Positions 60,449 to 64,000 of a stretch of 64,000 nucleotides of DNA are shown piece by piece; position 1 is the stretch's first letter, and the number at the start of each line of letters is the position of its first letter. Both the position numbers and the translations under genes were made by a program. Origin of the DNA: an uncultured Verrucomicrobiae bacterium (GTDB lineage Bacteria > Verrucomicrobiota > Verrucomicrobiia > Limisphaerales > Palsa-1400). Below the pieces are notes generated by a model, which worked only from the letters and a program-made list of their open reading frames with translations, did not search any database and had not been told where the DNA came from. The stretch spans positions 576,001 through 640,000 of the forward strand of contig CAVXRD010000004.1 of the NCBI GenBank assembly GCA_963764165.1. Reading direction: 5' to 3'.

Positions 60449-62479
60449 CTAGTTCGGCTTCTTCTCTTGGCTTGAGCCAGACTTCGATCCCGAGGCGGAA
60501 GGTCTGCCGGGTGCCGTGCGGGATGGTGTCGTGCCTGGACGACCGGGAGCGCCATGGTCTGCCGCGGTTGGCCCATGCTCGGCCGCGCTGCGGCCTGGTT
60601 CGGCGCGGTGAGCTTCCGCCTCATGGTGTTCGACCCGGGCCACTTCTTTATGCTCCGCCACGCGCCGCTCAAAGTTGTGATGCTCCTCTGTCCTCCGCAA
60701 TTCCGCGGCTTTATGCACGACGACTTCGTGGTGCGTAATGGCCGCAATGTGTTCGCGGCCGAGGCCCTCGAAATGAACATGGCCGCCTTCGACACGGAAT
60801 CCTCCGTGAAACACGCTGTGCTCATAGAAAATCCGCGCCCGATCAGGCCCGAAACGGAAGCGCGCATAATCCCCGCCCCAGAAGTGATCCGGGCCGACGA
60901 ACACGAAGGCGTCAAAGCCAAGCCCAAACCCGACGCCACCATCCACCACCAGCCCGCCGTGCCAGAAAAGGCCCACGCCAGCGTGAAATTCCACGCCCCA
61001 CGGCAACGGGGCCCAGCCCATGCCGCCATCGCCTTCGCGCCAGCTTACCCAGGACGGAGCCCAATCGTAGGCCGGAGCCCAGGCCCAGCGGCCACCGGTG
61101 AACTCATTGCGAATCCAGCGTCCGTAGTGAAAACCAATGTCGCCCCAAGGATAGTCGGACTGCCAGAACCAGCCAGCGTCCGTGTATTCCCAATGACCTG
61201 CATCCATATAAGGACGCCATTCAAGATTGTTGGCTTCCATTGGAACCCAGACGGAACCCGCATCCGGCACCGTGATCCATTGCCCGTAAGGCGCCAGGTG
61301 CGTTTGGAAATAATCAAACGTCGGAACTTCCGGCGGCGCGGTCATCACAACCGGCTGCGGCGCGGGCGCCAGCGAAGTCAATTCAATCGATTGCCAATTT
61401 GCAAAGGTCGGACCGTGGCGGCGCGAATCCAAAACGACGTGGAACGGCCCGGCGCCGACCGGCATCGAATTCATCGCGCCGAGCTGAAAGCCGGCCGCGT
61501 CCTGGAACGAAACGGATCCCATTCCATCCGCGGTGACGGTCAGAGTCACGGTGTAAGGGACACTCGGGACGGGAGCCGGATAAATCTTGCTGCCAAGAGC
61601 CGATATCGGCTGACCGCTGCCGGTCCAGTTGGCCCAGACGCCGTGGTCCGGCGACGGGCCGCCCATCGGAACCCGCACGCCCCCAAATGGCGTGCGAATG
61701 CCCAATCCACCGCGGGCCTCCCCCATCCCGCCGACGTGCGCGGCCACGCTCAGCCACTGACGCAGATCCGGGCTGACAAGTGAAAGCTCGAACGGCACGC
61801 CTTCCGCCGATAGGGCGCTGACGCGTGCCGTTACCGAAAACGGCGCGGCATAAACACCCGCCGATTGGATGCCCGTAAATTGGCCGGGTCCATTCACGCC
61901 CGACAATTGCAGTCCAGCCGGGCTGAAAGCCATCATCGGCGGCATCGACGCAGCGCCGTTCCATTGAGCAAGATTCTGCAACAAGGGCGTCTGAATCGAC
62001 CAAATCGAAGGATTCAATCCGCCGTCCGTGGTGAAATTATCGATCAAACCGGGTGGCGGCGTATAAGGCGGAGGGGCAGCGGCCATGGGCGGCTGAACGG
62101 AAACGCCCGGCGGCGGCGTCGAAGGCGTGGCAATTTGCTGCGGCGCGGGCGCGGGCGCCGGGGCAGGCGCTGCGTTGATCTTCGTTTGCAGCAAGGCGGA
62201 TAAAACCGGCTGGGAAACACCCTGGCTGGTCAGATAAATCATGTCGTCGCCGGAGAGGTTGTAGGCCTTCCCAGAATTCTTGATATAGGCCAGAATGACA
62301 TCATCCGACATCTTGGCTTGGGCAAATTTGACGATTTCCTGCAAATCTGGCGAGAGGTTGGCGGGAGGGGTTTGGGCCTGGCTGATGGAGCCGGCAGTCA
62401 GGACCGCGCAGGCCAGCAACGTGGCCCAACAAGCGGCGAAGACACCGGTCTTGCGATGAATTGTTCGAGTTGTTTTCAT
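60449..62479 (-). CDS. Secreted DUF6600-type (Trp/Tyr-rich) protein
   Basis: Signal peptide from ATG 62479; LAPYGQW...WRPY..GHWEYTDAGWFWQSDYPWG..FHYGRW...WAPSWVSWR. Confidence 0.85.
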   Translation of the reverse strand: MKTTRTIHRKTGVFAACWATLLACAVLTAGSISQAQTPPANLSPDLQEIVKFAQAKMSDDVILAYIKNSGKAYNLSGDDMIYLTSQGVSQPVLSALLQTKINAAPAPAPAPAPQQIATPSTPPPGVSVQPPMAAAPPPYTPPPGLIDNFTTDGGLNPSIWSIQTPLLQNLAQWNGAASMPPMMAFSPAGLQLSGVNGPGQFTGIQSAGVYAAPFSVTARVSALSAEGVPFELSLVSPDLRQWLSVAAHVGGMGEARGGLGIRTPFGGVRVPMGGPSPDHGVWANWTGSGQPISALGSKIYPAPVPSVPYTVTLTVTADGMGSVSFQDAAGFQLGAMNSMPVGAGPFHVVLDSRRHGPTFANWQSIELTSLAPAPQPVVMTAPPEVPTFDYFQTHLAPYGQWITVPDAGSVWVPMEANNLEWRPYMDAGHWEYTDAGWFWQSDYPWGDIGFHYGRWIRNEFTGGRWAWAPAYDWAPSWVSWREGDGGMGWAPLPWGVEFHAGVGLFWHGGLVVDGGVGFGLGFDAFVFVGPDHFWGGDYARFRFGPDRARIFYEHSVFHGGFRVEGGHVHFEGLGREHIAAITHHEVVVHKAAELRRTEEHHNFERRVAEHKEVARVEHHEAEAHRAEPGRSAAEHGPTAADHGAPGRPGTTPSRTAPGRPSASGSKSGSSQEKKPN

Positions 62480-62765
62480 AAATAGCATCCTTAAACGTGC
62501 GTTCCTGCGTTGGCGGTCAAGCCGGGCACCATCGCCCGGATCAATCCGTTCATGCGCCAATACGCCTTGAGGGGACGAATCTTGCATGAGGGTCGATATG
62601 TACCCAGAAGACTCTCCTCACTGCTAAGCAACATGCGAAATCCATCCTTTTTTGCAAGGCAAAAAGAGGCGCAACCAAGGCTGAAAACCCACCCGCAATG
62701 ACGCCCAATGACCTCCGTTTCTTGAGAATTTTGGTCTATATTATGGCTTAAGTCGCGCCTCATCA

Positions 62766-62826
62766 TTTTCCAAAAAACAGGTGACATTTGCTGAGATTTG
62801 GTGCGATTTGCTAAGATTAGGTGACA
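62766..62826. repeat. A-tract plus degenerate 10-bp-period array
   Basis: aaaaaacag gtgacatttg ctgagatttg gtgcgatttg ctaagattag gtgaca; related to the reverse complement of 45491-45521. Confidence 0.7.
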
Positions 62827-62856
62827 CTGTCCATCGCAGCCGCAAGCCGTCCCGGC

Positions 62857-63044
62857 GGCCAACAGATCAGGACGCAGATCAGGACGCAGATCAGGACGCA
62901 GATCAGGACGCAGATCAACGCAGATCAACGCAGATAAAAATTCAAGAAAGCGACCTGCGAATCCGATCCTGTCCAGCATGATGCCGCCGGGTCGCAAGCT
63001 GGCGAACGCGTGTCTTAACAGAAAATCTGCGTTCATCTGCGGCC
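62857..63044. repeat. Inverted-repeat element with an expanded tandem arm (cagatcaggacg x4, cagatcaacg x2)
   Basis: Right arm atctgcgttcatctgcggcc; related to 16254-16435. Confidence 0.8.
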
Positions 63045-63233
63045 ATTTCTCAGTAGTTCCATTATCCGTTTTGTCATACGAGGCACTTTGGCACATCGAA
63101 ATGAAAACAGAAAACCTACCAGAGGTTTTTGGGCACGATTTATCGAGAAAAAGCCGGAAATTGGATCTGGTACGACTCGGGCGACCTTGGCGACGGCTGC
63201 GCAGGGCATTGAATATGCATAATCTCGAAAAAG

Positions 63234-63315
63234 CCGCTACATCCGCTACACCGTTGATTCTCAATGAGATAAACCGCTACATTTGCCGCTACAAGGCCGC
63301 TACAGACCCGCTACA
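63234..63315. repeat. Six copies of CCGCTACA
   Basis: Copies start at 63234, 63243, 63274, 63286, 63297 and 63308. Confidence 0.8.
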
Positions 63316-63397
63316 TTTCCTTGGAGGAGGGGTTTGACTCGATAACTCGGTGCCTGCCAAGGCCAGCTATCCAAGCCGGAACGATTCAGCTTGGACT

Positions 63398-63573
63398 GGG
63401 ACCGCGACCGCCTCGGTCGCTCTGGCTGGCCCACGCGAAAGCGTCTTCCCAATAATTTGTTCTGATCTCTCGCCAGCCAGCCTTGCGCCACCATCACCAT
63501 TTGGTGAAGAATCGGACACAGCATGGGTTTTCGGCGGGACGCCGAAAATAGCGGTCGAGACGACCGCGCTCCC
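63398..63573. repeat. REP-like hairpin pair (gggagcgcgg family)
   Basis: gggaccgcgaccgcctcggtcgc ... ttttcggcgggacgccgaaaa-ta-gcggtcgagacgaccgcgctccc. Confidence 0.65.
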
Positions 63574-63615
63574 TCAAAGCAAGGGAGTCGTTCCGGCTAA
63601 GATCGACTCTCGGAA

Positions 63616-64000
63616 TTACTGGTTCCCTTTTAGCTGGAAGAACTGGGCGCTGCCTGTGGTGGGACTCGTGTATGGGCTGGTCGCGCCCGGAATGTTCGTA
63701 AATGGACCCGGCAGCAAAGGCGCGCTCTGGAGCGAGAAGGCCGCGTTCGTCCAACTCAGCACGACGGCGTTCGGGATCTGCAGAATGTTCAGCGGAATCG
63801 GGACGAGCATCGGCGCGGCAATCGGCAGTGTGTATGAAAAAAGTGCGCCGTCATTAAATGCGCTGCCGCTATAAACCGAACCGAAAAGCGCGCCATTATA
63901 CAAAGTCAAACCTCCCGTCGGCGCAGCGCCATCCGCGTAACTGAAACTGTAAAGGACGGCGAAGCCCGTTCCGTCGGTGTTGATTTGGAAAATGTTGCCT
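63616..64000 (-). CDS. C-terminal part of a GloVer-type tandem-repeat exported protein
   Basis: GNIFQINTDGTGFAVLYSFSYADGAAPTGGLTL..GALFG repeat, then LSWTNAAFSLQSA...AQFFQLK. The frame stays open beyond the window end. Confidence 0.85.
   Translation of the reverse strand, partial: GNIFQINTDGTGFAVLYSFSYADGAAPTGGLTLYNGALFGSVYSGSAFNDGALFSYTLPIAAPMLVPIPLNILQIPNAVVLSWTNAAFSLQSAPLLPGPFTNIPGATSPYTSPTTGSAQFFQLKGNQ

Noticed and set aside
62480..62760. Riboswitch or ncRNA upstream of the DUF6600 gene; tRNAs in intergenic gaps
   Set aside because: No conserved aptamer or cloverleaf motif recognisable by eye. An Rfam or tRNAscan run would be needed to exclude them fully.
62863..62935. Tandem repeats as a CRISPR array (also 12104 and 63234)
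   Set aside because: Units are 8-12 bp, there are no unique 25-45 bp spacers, and no cas genes are present.
62491..63874. ORFs 62491-63264, 62978-63337 and 63350-63874
   Set aside because: They are translations of repeat elements (DLRP repeats) or antisense to the GloVer gene.

Overview
A GC-rich bacterial chromosomal window, most likely Verrucomicrobiota (Pedosphaera-like). The assignment is inferred from prepilin/H-X9-DG genes, a membrane-anchored ECF sigma fusion, GloVer-type repeats and the repeat families. Housekeeping genes (yebC, mazG, proB, aroK, queG, ccsA-hemA-hemC, lepB, ugd, mutT, nrdR, HIT, ruvA) are mixed with a two-component cluster, two large GT-C-type membrane glycosyltransferases (DUF2723 and YfhO-like), a sulfotransferase/TylF/GT10 glycan cluster and several large exported proteins. 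I found no rRNA, tRNA, CRISPR array or prophage. The most notable signals are: (1) four unrelated exported proteins share a C-terminal ~60-80 aa domain ending F[YF][RQ]-hydrophobic, a candidate sorting signal; (2) exported proteins are rich in Thr-Asn dipeptides that two cytoplasmic controls lack, a candidate glycosylation sequon; (3) a REP-associated tyrosine transposase has perfect 37-bp REP ends and two 81-bp REPIN derivatives, one in frame inside a prepilin leader; (4) 10-bp-period repeat arrays lie in the long intergenic gaps; (5) a 34-bp motif is shared upstream of two glycan genes; (6) a GGQ release-factor-like gene is frameshifted. All counts and alignments were done by hand, and several start codons were re-chosen relative to the ORF track.
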